From positions 2,926 to 21,982 of the forward strand of contig JALTLO010000130.1 in assembly GCA_027001995.1 (NCBI GenBank): a DNA stretch of 19,057 bases, written 5' to 3'. Positions 8,347-15,927 of the stretch are shown here, piece by piece. Source of the DNA: Planctomycetota bacterium. GTDB taxonomy: Bacteria > Planctomycetota > GCA-002687715 > DRQF01. Under the pieces are notes generated by a model. It saw only the letters and a program-made list of their open reading frames with translations, ran no database searches and was not told the origin of the DNA. Within the stretch, counting starts at the first letter, position 1; each line of letters starts with the position of its first letter. The position numbers were made by a program, and so were the translations under genes.

Positions 8347-10480
8347 GCCTTTCCAAATGCTGCCGCAGACCGTCGATCTCATTGAGGTAGGCTCGCAATA
8401 CGTTCACAAGTTCAGTGGCTCCATCTTGAGCTCTGTTTTTGTCATTCGCCAAGAGAGCATCAGTGATGGTGGGTAAGTCCTCTGTTCCGTAACCTTTGTC
8501 CGGATGTGGCGCCCAAAGAGCGTGTTTGTACCACGGGCGCTCCTCGAGACCGTTTTTGAGGAGTAGCTTGCGGCTTGCCTGATAAATGCGACGGTTCAGG
8601 AGTAGGCGGGTTTCCAGGTTGAGATTCATGGAGCCCAGTTTTACCATCGCTTGATTGATTTTCGTCCCTACGTCGGTGACATGGTTGGCCAACTCGCCGA
8701 TTTCGCTTAAGTCGAGATTCTTGTATCTCGCTTCCATGCGTTTTTGGGTTTGCAAAAGATCAGCCCCTAACCGTTTGAAGTCAAAAGGTAAGATCTCTGA
8801 GTTCGCCAAGCGGGACACCATGGTGGCTAGGACGCCGGCCATGACCTTGTGCTGTTTGAAGCCTGGGTCAGCGAAGCGCTTCATGAAAACATAGGTATCG
8901 TAGCTCGAATGGTAGACGCCGTGAGCGCCTCCAGAGCCAATGTCGATGCAGTCGATGCCTAAACGCTCCAAGAACACGGTGTAATCGCTGCCGCTCCCCA
9001 GAGTGCCATAGCGCATCTGGCCTTTTTCATTCAACAAGGGATCGACAAGAGAACCGGGTTTCCCTTCATTGGCAATGGAGCTCAAGACGTCTTGGGCGAA
9101 TCTTGCCAAGGTGGGTACACCGGCAAGACGGAGATTCGGCCCTGAAACTGCGGAGTCTATGTTGATGTAGGCGACGCACTCTTTGCTGAGCTCTTTGGCG
9201 AATTGTTCGCCGTATTCTGTTGACCCAATGATGCCAAACTCTTCTGCATCCCAAAAAGCGAAACGGACGGTTCGGTCAAGTCCTTGCCCTGCTTCTTTGG
9301 CGTCTGCAAGGACCCGTGCCGCTTCCAAAAGTACGCTGGTTCCACTGCCTGGGTCGCTTGCACCATGGACCCAAGCATCACGGTGGTTGCCGATCAAGAT
9401 GACTTCGTCTGGGCAGCGAAGACCATTGAGAGTGGCGGTGATGTTTTCGATGAGCCTGAGGCTGTAATCCATTTCCAAGTGCAACCGAAGACGTACGGTG
9501 GATGCGTCCCCCAGATGATAGGTAATGGGGATTCCCCCTTGCCAGCCGTCCGGGACCGTTGAGCCCTTCATGTTTTCCAACAAGGGCTTTGCATCCGCTT
9601 GGGAGATGCAGGTCGTCGGCAGGTTCGGGAGGGACTTCATCTGGTCAAAAGTGAGCTGATCTTCTCCTGGAAGGCTAGGAATCCCCGGAGTACCTGGGTC
9701 TCCTGGATAGGTTGAGATATCCAAGATGCTGCCCCGTTCTACCGCCGTACTTGGCCGAAATGGCCCGTGGGGGTAGACATCACCTTTGACAAAACCATCA
9801 TCTGCGGGATCTGAGAAAAGAATCATGGCGGCGGCCCCAAACTCAGCGGCGATCTTAGCCTTGCTCCCTCTAAAAATGCGTCCGTAGCGTGTGAGGGCGA
9901 TCTTGCCTCGACAATCGATCCCCAGAGCGGCCAAACGCTCAAAATCCTCTCTCCTACCGTAATTGACGTAAATAACCGGGGCTGTGAGGTCACAGTCTGG
10001 GGAATAGGCGTTGAACGGGAGAACGGCCTTGTTGCTGGTGTCCAAGTCCAACTCTGTGGGTTCTTCCCGCAGGGAGGCCGAAAAAGCCACGGGAGCTACC
10101 ATTTCCACTTCCACATGGACCGGGTAAGGCAAGAGAACTTCATAAACGTGCCGCTCAACCTGGAATCCGAATTGGGTCAAAGTGTTCACCAAGTAAGTCG
10201 CTAACTCGGCATTGCGCTTACTACCCGCCACATGGGGCAATTTTGTCAGCTCTTTGGCAAATTTTTCGCAGGATTTGGCCCTAACCCTTTGTCTTAAAAC
10301 GGCTTCTGACTCCAAGTGGCGCCGATTTCCGTCTATTGCGGTCTCGGGTGGCTGCTCCCCAGAGTCCTCGCGGCCTTTTTCGGCTTTTAGGGCTGGATCA
10401 TCCTTGTCTTCCTGGGGTGTGGAACATCCGATGAGACATGAAAACATCAAAAAAAGTACAGAGATGAGGGTTTTTTGCAT
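8333..10480 (-). CDS. M28 metallopeptidase, glutamate carboxypeptidase II (PSMA/NAALADase)-like lipoprotein with PA and TfR-dimerisation domains
   Basis: Zn-ligand motifs GNHRDAW, GASDPGSG, WDAEEFG, YINID and YHSSYD; PA domain YVNYGRREDF. Likely start is ATG 10480 (SD AAGGAAAGG), giving signal peptide MQKTLISVLFLMFSCLIG-C with a lipobox. Confidence 0.93.
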   Translation of the reverse strand: MQKTLISVLFLMFSCLIGCSTPQEDKDDPALKAEKGREDSGEQPPETAIDGNRRHLESEAVLRQRVRAKSCEKFAKELTKLPHVAGSKRNAELATYLVNTLTQFGFQVERHVYEVLLPYPVHVEVEMVAPVAFSASLREEPTELDLDTSNKAVLPFNAYSPDCDLTAPVIYVNYGRREDFERLAALGIDCRGKIALTRYGRIFRGSKAKIAAEFGAAAMILFSDPADDGFVKGDVYPHGPFRPSTAVERGSILDISTYPGDPGTPGIPSLPGEDQLTFDQMKSLPNLPTTCISQADAKPLLENMKGSTVPDGWQGGIPITYHLGDASTVRLRLHLEMDYSLRLIENITATLNGLRCPDEVILIGNHRDAWVHGASDPGSGTSVLLEAARVLADAKEAGQGLDRTVRFAFWDAEEFGIIGSTEYGEQFAKELSKECVAYINIDSAVSGPNLRLAGVPTLARFAQDVLSSIANEGKPGSLVDPLLNEKGQMRYGTLGSGSDYTVFLERLGIDCIDIGSGGAHGVYHSSYDTYVFMKRFADPGFKQHKVMAGVLATMVSRLANSEILPFDFKRLGADLLQTQKRMEARYKNLDLSEIGELANHVTDVGTKINQAMVKLGSMNLNLETRLLLNRRIYQASRKLLLKNGLEERPWYKHALWAPHPDKGYGTEDLPTITDALLANDKNRAQDGATELVNVLRAYLNEIDGLRQHLERLTEQ

Positions 10481-10501
10481 GGAGACCTTTCCTTTGCTGA
10501 G

Positions 10502-10530
10502 AAGATAGGACGACCAGCTATTCCCGTCCA
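10502..10530 (-). promoter_or_regulatory. Possible sigma70 promoter for the M28 peptidase gene
   Basis: TGGACG-N17-TATCTT on the minus strand, immediately upstream of the SD. Confidence 0.3.
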
Positions 10531-10632
10531 CCGTAACCCTTTGGAAACTAGGCAATAATTCGTGATTTTTCCTTCCCACCCTGGCCATGGGTTTAGCCCA
10601 CCTATGGCCCCAGAAAATACTTCTGAGTAGAC

Positions 10633-10671
10633 AAAAGGAAACCCCCGGGGAATTGGCAAGCCGGGGGTTTC
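10633..10671 (-). terminator. Rho-independent terminator
   Basis: Minus strand GAAACCCCCGG-(12 nt)-CCGGGGGTTTC, a perfect 11-bp stem followed by CTTTT (UUUCCUUUU after the GC core). Confidence 0.8.
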
Positions 10672-10967
10672 AGTTCGGACTTGAAGGGTTTTACGGGACC
10701 ATTCTCGTTTGTCCGATCTATTGATTGTTACCACTTGGTAACGCTTTTCTTGAAGAGGGTCACAATCCTCTTCCCACTGCCTTTCCAGCAGTATTCGACC
10801 GGTTTTCCACAAGTTAACGGCTTGATGGAATTGGTCGTTGTCTTTTCGTTGACTCCGGCTTTGCTGCTCCTTGCCGTCGCTGATTTCTGATCAGCTTCTC
10901 CAAGGAGACGTCCAAAGCCATTTCCAGCTCTTGGATGAGGCTTCCCTTCCACGAGCTGAGTGAGGTC
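10633..10967 (-). ncRNA. Candidate stand-alone structured small RNA (~335 nt), family unknown
   Basis: Bracketed by a near-consensus promoter and an intrinsic terminator. About nine consecutive hairpins and 12 GGA trinucleotides. No convincing long ORF. The 5' end is estimated from the -10 box. Confidence 0.55.
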
Positions 10968-10973
10968 GGTTGG

Positions 10974-11001
10974 ATTATAGTCCATCGACAATCTCGGTCA
11001 A
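10974..11001 (-). promoter_or_regulatory. Sigma70-type promoter
   Basis: Minus strand TTGACC (11001-10996), 16-nt spacer, then a perfect TATAAT (10979-10974). Confidence 0.7.
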
Positions 11002-11060
11002 CACTCTTGCATCGAGCCTGGTCAATTTCATTTTTCCCCCGCTTCTTATGGTGCTTTGAC

Positions 11061-11079
11061 TTAAATCACTGTGATTTAA
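11061..11079. promoter_or_regulatory. Palindromic operator-like site
   Basis: Perfect AT-rich dyad TTAAATCAC-T-GTGATTTAA with 9-bp arms. Confidence 0.55.
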
Positions 11080-11217
11080 CACTTTACGTCATATCGATCA
11101 TCCAGGTGTCCCATCTGTGATAGGCAAGCCCGCAGCGGGGCCGAAGGTTGCAAGGTCCGCTCCTGGAACTGTTTGGGACACTCTTCGAGGTGGAGGGATG
11201 CGACAGGGGCGACGGCG

Positions 11218-11246
11218 AAAATAGCCAAAGATTTATTTTCGGCTAT
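11218..11246 (-). terminator. Possible intrinsic terminator of the GH42-like gene
   Basis: Minus strand ATAGCCGAA...TTTGGCTAT 9-bp stem (one G-U) followed by TTT, about 180 nt after the stop codon. Confidence 0.45.
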
Positions 11247-11424
11247 GAAGGGTGAGGGATATGGCTCAGGGCTATTTTAAGCATCATCCTGATCATTCTA
11301 TGTTGGTGAGATGGGGGATTTGCACCCTTCGTGTTTTCGTCTCATCCGGAATCCAACAAAGGGGACTGTCGCCAACAAGGGATGACAAGTTGTTGAGAAG
11401 GCGTTACCGAATGGGGACATTTTT

Positions 11425-13638
11425 CTAACGCGGCAAGCGAAACATGAGTGGTTCGAAGGGGAGCAAAGTAACGCGGATGGATGAGTCGCGACTTGGCCTG
11501 TTTGGATCTGTGGTTGCGTACTTTGTTGTTTGTAAAATGTCTTCAATAACCGCGGCCCGTGGCAACAAAATTTCGATGTCAATGGGTCTTAAGTTGGACA
11601 AACTTTTTGCACTGTTGGGGCGGGATGATTGCCGCCAATTCCTAAGCACAGCAATGTAGTCGGCGTGTTGGTCTTGACGATGAAAAATGCGAATGGGAGG
11701 TATGTTTCCTTTTCTGCGAATCTCAACGAAAGGACGAACCCCGGCAATGCGAAAAATGACACGGAGTTCATCTAAGAGTTCGACCCTTTGGTTGAGCTTG
11801 CGGGTGCTTAGGTAGCTGTAGGTCAAAAGGTTGAGGTAAACACTTCTACCATTCTTGCCGTGACGGTTGACGATTGTGCAAGGTGTGTCTTCTAAGCGCA
11901 GTGTTGACGCGACTTTCTGCAACATTTTGATGCCAGGTTCCGCATAGCGCAGTTCGTTGGCCTGGTGTGCGAGGGAATTCTTGAGGTCCCGTTGTCGCAG
12001 GTTGACTTTGCGGCCAGTTCTTTTGATGCCAAAGAACTTATCGAGCTTGAGGACTTCCCTTGCTTTGAGGTTCTCATCGAACAGCCCACTTTGACAGTCT
12101 GCGATGACAGTCTTGGTGGTGGCGAATCGTTTGATCACTTCTATAGCTTGGTTCGACAGGGCGATCGTTCTCGGTAACACCAAGACTTTGAATTGCGAGA
12201 GATCTCTTCTCCCTAAATCGCGGGCTGCGACATGGACGTAGTCTAAGTGGAGATCTTCCAACAACTTCTGCCAAGATTCTCGAGTTAGATTTTGGCTGTT
12301 TTGCTCTATTTCATGTTGAGCGAGTTGGTTGATCCAATTGCGACCGTCTAAGCGACCATCCAAGAGCCAATGGGCTTTGTTTGAGGCTGAGGACTCGATT
12401 ACGGCGATCTGAGCCTGAGTCGCTTGGGCGCGTTTCCAACCATCCAAGGACTTGTGGCGGAGCTTCCTAAGGGTTTTCGTCAGACGTTTGGCCCAAGGCT
12501 TAGGTTCGAGCTTTTCGGGATCGTTGAAGTAGTCCTTTGATGACCAAATGATGACGCCGTTGTCTCCACGGAGGTAGTAGTCCCAAAGTTCATGCTGATT
12601 GGCTTGGGGATGTCGATGATCTTCGAAGAGGGTGCGAAGGATGATGGTTTCTTCCTTGGCGAAAGAGCGGACGAGCTCCCGGGAACCCCCTTTGTCATAG
12701 GGTTCACAAAAGTCGATCCCCTTCAACATGGTGGCCCAGTCAATTCCGGAGAAAGGATGGGGGGCACTGCCACCGGTGAAGCCCACAGGGATCTTCTTTG
12801 TTGTTTTTGATTGGGCATAGTCGCCTAACTTCTTCACTTGTTGGGCAAAACTCATCTCAATGAATCTGCGATGATCGGCCCAAGGAGCAAAATTCCAATC
12901 CACCGGGTCTAAGATGAACTCTCGCCGGCGAATTTCCGCTGTGGTGAGGGGAAAGACGTCTTTGAAGGGTCTTCCTTTTGTGCGCCATGCTCGAGCCAAA
13001 GCCTCTGGATTTTTGTACTTATGTTCCAAGTGAAGACGGAATGCTCGCAAACACGCAGGTGAAAAACCGAAGTCCACGGGAATGTTCCGTCTACCGAAGG
13101 AAATCTCATCGTCTAAGGCTAAGGCCAAGGGTGCCCCATCTGTGAGGCGTTTGCCGAAGGGAGCCAGGACTTGATCGATTCGAGCTCTAGCTTTCTTGAT
13201 TACTTGAGGGTCAAAGAGATTGACGGGACGGCTAAGACCGGGAAGTCGGCGTTCTTTTCGCCAGTCGCTGTAGATCGCTCGCCAGGTTTCGTCCTTCAAA
13301 TAGAGGAAGCCTTTGCCAGCAACGTGATCCAAATAGAAGGGGCGTTTGTGTTTGAGATGGAGTTGGCTTGAGGCTGTTCCAGCGACATTTGTACCGCTGA
13401 CACCCAGAGCGTCCAAAGCCGAAAAAAGGGCGGGCGTGGGTTTTGATTCAGCGGTTAGCCATAGGAATGATTGATAATGAGAAAAGGTGTCGAATAAGTC
13501 TTTTTCTTGGGCAAACGTCGAAGACCCCCAAAATCCGACACTAAGGATAGGAATGATGATTCGAATCAGGAAAAACTGATGATTCCGCCCCGGAAATCTA
13601 TGGATGGCTGGGGATTCTGGGTCTGGTGATGGATTCAT
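11425..13638 (-). CDS. Secreted GH42-like glycoside hydrolase with beta-galactosidase trimerisation domain
   Basis: GH42-like segments ALDDEIS, 'AFRLHLEHKYKNPEALARAW', 'PWADHRRF' and 'RGDNGVIIW'; trimerisation-domain segments 'AQIAVIES' and 'DLSQFKVLVLP...ADCQSGLFDEN'. Hydrophobic signal ends TFA-Q. Start is likely ATG 13638 (AGGA SD). Confidence 0.75.
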   Translation of the reverse strand: MNPSPDPESPAIHRFPGRNHQFFLIRIIIPILSVGFWGSSTFAQEKDLFDTFSHYQSFLWLTAESKPTPALFSALDALGVSGTNVAGTASSQLHLKHKRPFYLDHVAGKGFLYLKDETWRAIYSDWRKERRLPGLSRPVNLFDPQVIKKARARIDQVLAPFGKRLTDGAPLALALDDEISFGRRNIPVDFGFSPACLRAFRLHLEHKYKNPEALARAWRTKGRPFKDVFPLTTAEIRRREFILDPVDWNFAPWADHRRFIEMSFAQQVKKLGDYAQSKTTKKIPVGFTGGSAPHPFSGIDWATMLKGIDFCEPYDKGGSRELVRSFAKEETIILRTLFEDHRHPQANQHELWDYYLRGDNGVIIWSSKDYFNDPEKLEPKPWAKRLTKTLRKLRHKSLDGWKRAQATQAQIAVIESSASNKAHWLLDGRLDGRNWINQLAQHEIEQNSQNLTRESWQKLLEDLHLDYVHVAARDLGRRDLSQFKVLVLPRTIALSNQAIEVIKRFATTKTVIADCQSGLFDENLKAREVLKLDKFFGIKRTGRKVNLRQRDLKNSLAHQANELRYAEPGIKMLQKVASTLRLEDTPCTIVNRHGKNGRSVYLNLLTYSYLSTRKLNQRVELLDELRVIFRIAGVRPFVEIRRKGNIPPIRIFHRQDQHADYIAVLRNWRQSSRPNSAKSLSNLRPIDIEILLPRAAVIEDILQTTKYATTDPNRPSRDSSIRVTLLPFEPLMFRLPR

Positions 13639-13810
13639 GGAGATCCTATGTGGTGATTTTGTTTCCCAAACCAAGACTACGCTGGACTTTCGGAGCGATC
13701 AAGCGATGGCCCTGAAGCTAAGAAAATGAAACATTTGGAATCTCTCCGATGTTTGATCGTCTCAGATGCTGTGTTTGTATCTTTTAGGATAACCAAGTCT
13801 CAGACGAAAA

Positions 13811-13839
13811 TTGAATGGATGGCGGCCAAGTCCTAAGCT
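13811..13839 (+). promoter_or_regulatory. Possible sigma70 promoter for the tandem repeat-protein genes
   Basis: TTGAAT-N17-TAAGCT about 40 nt upstream of ATG 13882. Confidence 0.4.
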
Positions 13840-13881
13840 ATTGGGCGAAGTCGAGAGTTGATCTTTCAACCGGAACGAATA

Positions 13882-15897
13882 ATGAACAAAGACGCGATTA
13901 TCTTGAGTCTCATGGTTGCTGTAGTCATTGCCGCAGGAGCTGTGTTTTTTCTCTTCAGCCAAGACGATGAGTCGGAAGGGTTTACACCCGCTGACCAAAC
14001 CAACATGGTGACTGATGGGGAGGCTCCTCAAGCTGTTGTTCCCCCTCGCCGTGTCTCTGACGATGTTCAGGAGATGTTCGGCAGAAAAGACCCCTTGAAG
14101 GGTATGGGCCCAGAGGTGGTGGCTGATGAGGAGCTGGCGGAAGAGTATGCCGCCAGGATTGGTGGGCGTGTGGTTAACTCCGAGGGCGAAGGTATTGCCA
14201 ATGCGGCTGTGGCCCTTTGTGTAGACATGGGGAATGCCCGTAACCTGAGCGTCTTGGGAGAGATTCGAGTGGCGGCTCTCACGGACAAAGACGGTTTCTA
14301 CGCTATAGATGGTATTGCCGTAGACGATCGCTACGCCATGCGCGTCGAGGCTGAAGGCCATGCTTCCAAAATCAAAGAGTGCATTACCCTCCAACCCAGC
14401 GAACTTTACAAAGCGAATTTTCAGTTAAGTGAAGGACAACGCCTCACTGGTTTGGTGTCAGACACCACCGGGACTCCCATCCCTGGAGCGACGATCATCG
14501 TCTCCGACCAGGCGACTCGTTCCGCAGACCCATCCATGGATGTGGAGAAAACCGCGACCACAGACGAAAACGGTGAGTTTGTTTGCTTGGGCATCAATCC
14601 CGGCATGAAACGAGTCTCTTGCCTTGCCAGTGGTTTCGGAACTCGAACTCAAATTGGCATTCAAGTGATCGCCGGAAAGGACGCCAAGCCTGTGGAATTC
14701 AAACTGCTCGCCGGCGGCGTCGATTTCACCGGGCGCGTTATTGATTCGGATGACGAATTGGCCATTGCTGGCGTCATTGTCAGGGCTCAGCCTATCAGCA
14801 CGGGAAGGGTGAATATTCCCTCTTTGAATTATCCTCCTGTTAAGACTGACGACGACGGGGTTTTCACCTTGAGTGGGTTGCAGCCTGGCAGTTATCGCAT
14901 GCGATTCTTTGGGGGCAAGGGATATCCTCTGTCGGGGACCATGCGGACCGCGCGGGTCCCTGGATCGACTGAGATGGTGGTGAAACTTGATCGGGAGCCC
15001 ACTGCAATCGGTCAGGTGGTTGATGCAGAAACCGGATTGCCAGTCAAGCGATTCAAGATCTTCTTTGCCCGCAGTGACAAGTTGGTGATGGCGAGCCCCC
15101 AGCTCAGCCAAAAATTCGAGGACGAAGAAGGCAAGTTCGAATACGTGGGTGTCCAAACGAAACCTCGGACACTGAAGGATTTCTATCTTCACGCTCGGGC
15201 CAAGGGATATGCCGGAGGCTCCAGCAAAAAGCTTTCTCTCAATGGTGTCAATGATATTACTGACATTGTCATCGAAATGTATCGTGGAGCCGTTGTGACG
15301 GGTAAGGTTGTTGATTCGGCTGGCAAGCCGGTGAATAACGCTGAAATCGACATTTCCCCCCAGATGGGACCTCCGAACGGCAATGATGCTGGTGCAGGCT
15401 TGTTTAAGGTATTGATTTCAAACGGTACACGGACGACAAGACGGAGCGCCCGGACGAATCCCGACGGTGAATTCCGCATTGAGAACGTGGCTGAAGGCTG
15501 GTATTTGTTGAATGTGAACCATTCACGCTTCGCTGATGGAACAAGCGAGAATTCCATCGAGGTGGGCCAGACAGGGGAGTACAGCTTCCCTGAAATGACC
15601 TTGATGAAAGGTGGAACAGTCAAGGGGCGGGTCTTGACTAAAGAGGGTGAACCAGAAAAAGGCGCCAAGGTACGCCTTCAAGCTAAGGGTGGCCTCAGCG
15701 GGGGGCGTGGTTATCAAGCCCAAACCGATAGCGGCGGACGGTTTGTCATCCGCAATGTTCGACCTCGTGTCTACATGATTAGCGTGATCGAAAGAAACGG
15801 GGCTGTTGATCTGAGCAGCATGTTCCAGCAGGCTCTTACCCCGGGTCAAGAGATTATCCTGGGCGACGGCGAAGTGATGGACTTGGGCGATATCTGA
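13882..15897 (+). CDS. Membrane-anchored protein with six carboxypeptidase regulatory-like (Cna-B/transthyretin-like) repeats
   Basis: N-terminal TM helix and acidic linker, then repeated 'GxVxDxxGxP...A.V...TDxxGxF...GxY'. Start taken as ATG 13882; the ORF track starts at TTG 13858. Confidence 0.85.
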   Translation: MNKDAIILSLMVAVVIAAGAVFFLFSQDDESEGFTPADQTNMVTDGEAPQAVVPPRRVSDDVQEMFGRKDPLKGMGPEVVADEELAEEYAARIGGRVVNSEGEGIANAAVALCVDMGNARNLSVLGEIRVAALTDKDGFYAIDGIAVDDRYAMRVEAEGHASKIKECITLQPSELYKANFQLSEGQRLTGLVSDTTGTPIPGATIIVSDQATRSADPSMDVEKTATTDENGEFVCLGINPGMKRVSCLASGFGTRTQIGIQVIAGKDAKPVEFKLLAGGVDFTGRVIDSDDELAIAGVIVRAQPISTGRVNIPSLNYPPVKTDDDGVFTLSGLQPGSYRMRFFGGKGYPLSGTMRTARVPGSTEMVVKLDREPTAIGQVVDAETGLPVKRFKIFFARSDKLVMASPQLSQKFEDEEGKFEYVGVQTKPRTLKDFYLHARAKGYAGGSSKKLSLNGVNDITDIVIEMYRGAVVTGKVVDSAGKPVNNAEIDISPQMGPPNGNDAGAGLFKVLISNGTRTTRRSARTNPDGEFRIENVAEGWYLLNVNHSRFADGTSENSIEVGQTGEYSFPEMTLMKGGTVKGRVLTKEGEPEKGAKVRLQAKGGLSGGRGYQAQTDSGGRFVIRNVRPRVYMISVIERNGAVDLSSMFQQALTPGQEIILGDGEVMDLGDI

Positions 15898-15927
15898 TCG
15901 AGAGTCATCTCTAACTGAGTGGTTTGC

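Noticed and set aside
10481..10588. 36-aa N-terminal extension of the M28 peptidase in the ORF track
   Set aside because: ATG 10480 has a good SD and starts a canonical lipoprotein signal peptide.
10690..10742. T-box-like UGGUAAC / UGGUCCC upstream of a terminator
   Set aside because: Neither matches UGGNACC, and I see no antiterminator pairing or Stem I motifs.
10863..10883. UCAGCGACGGCAAGGAGCAGC resembles SRP RNA helix 8 (UCAGGUCCGGAAGGAAGCAGC)
   Set aside because: The apical stem cannot pair, the loop is not GNRA, and the flanks do not form the long SRP helix.
10728..10991. 87-aa minus-strand ORF (MSMDYNPT...)
   Set aside because: Its start codons lie within the spacer of the TTGACC-N16-TATAAT promoter, it has no SD, and the sequence shows no protein-like motif.
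11074..11101. ATTTAACACTT-TACGTC-ATATCGATCAT resembles a dif/Xer site
   Set aside because: Only 8 of 11 bases match the XerD arm, the conserved inner TAA/TTA are missing, and the match is explained by the adjacent palindrome.
11121..11165. GGCAAGCCC..GGGGCCGAAG resembles a c-di-GMP-I riboswitch
   Set aside because: No GAAA tetraloop or receptor and no P1 closing strand. No + strand gene lies downstream.
11327..11348. Minus-strand CGGAUGAG..CGAAG/GAAA resembles a hammerhead ribozyme core
   Set aside because: Core nucleotides deviate from CUGAUGA and there is no stem II.
13762..15849. Long antisense ORFs (210, 244, 159 and 108 aa)
   Set aside because: They are shadows opposite a clearly recognisable + strand gene and have no domain features.
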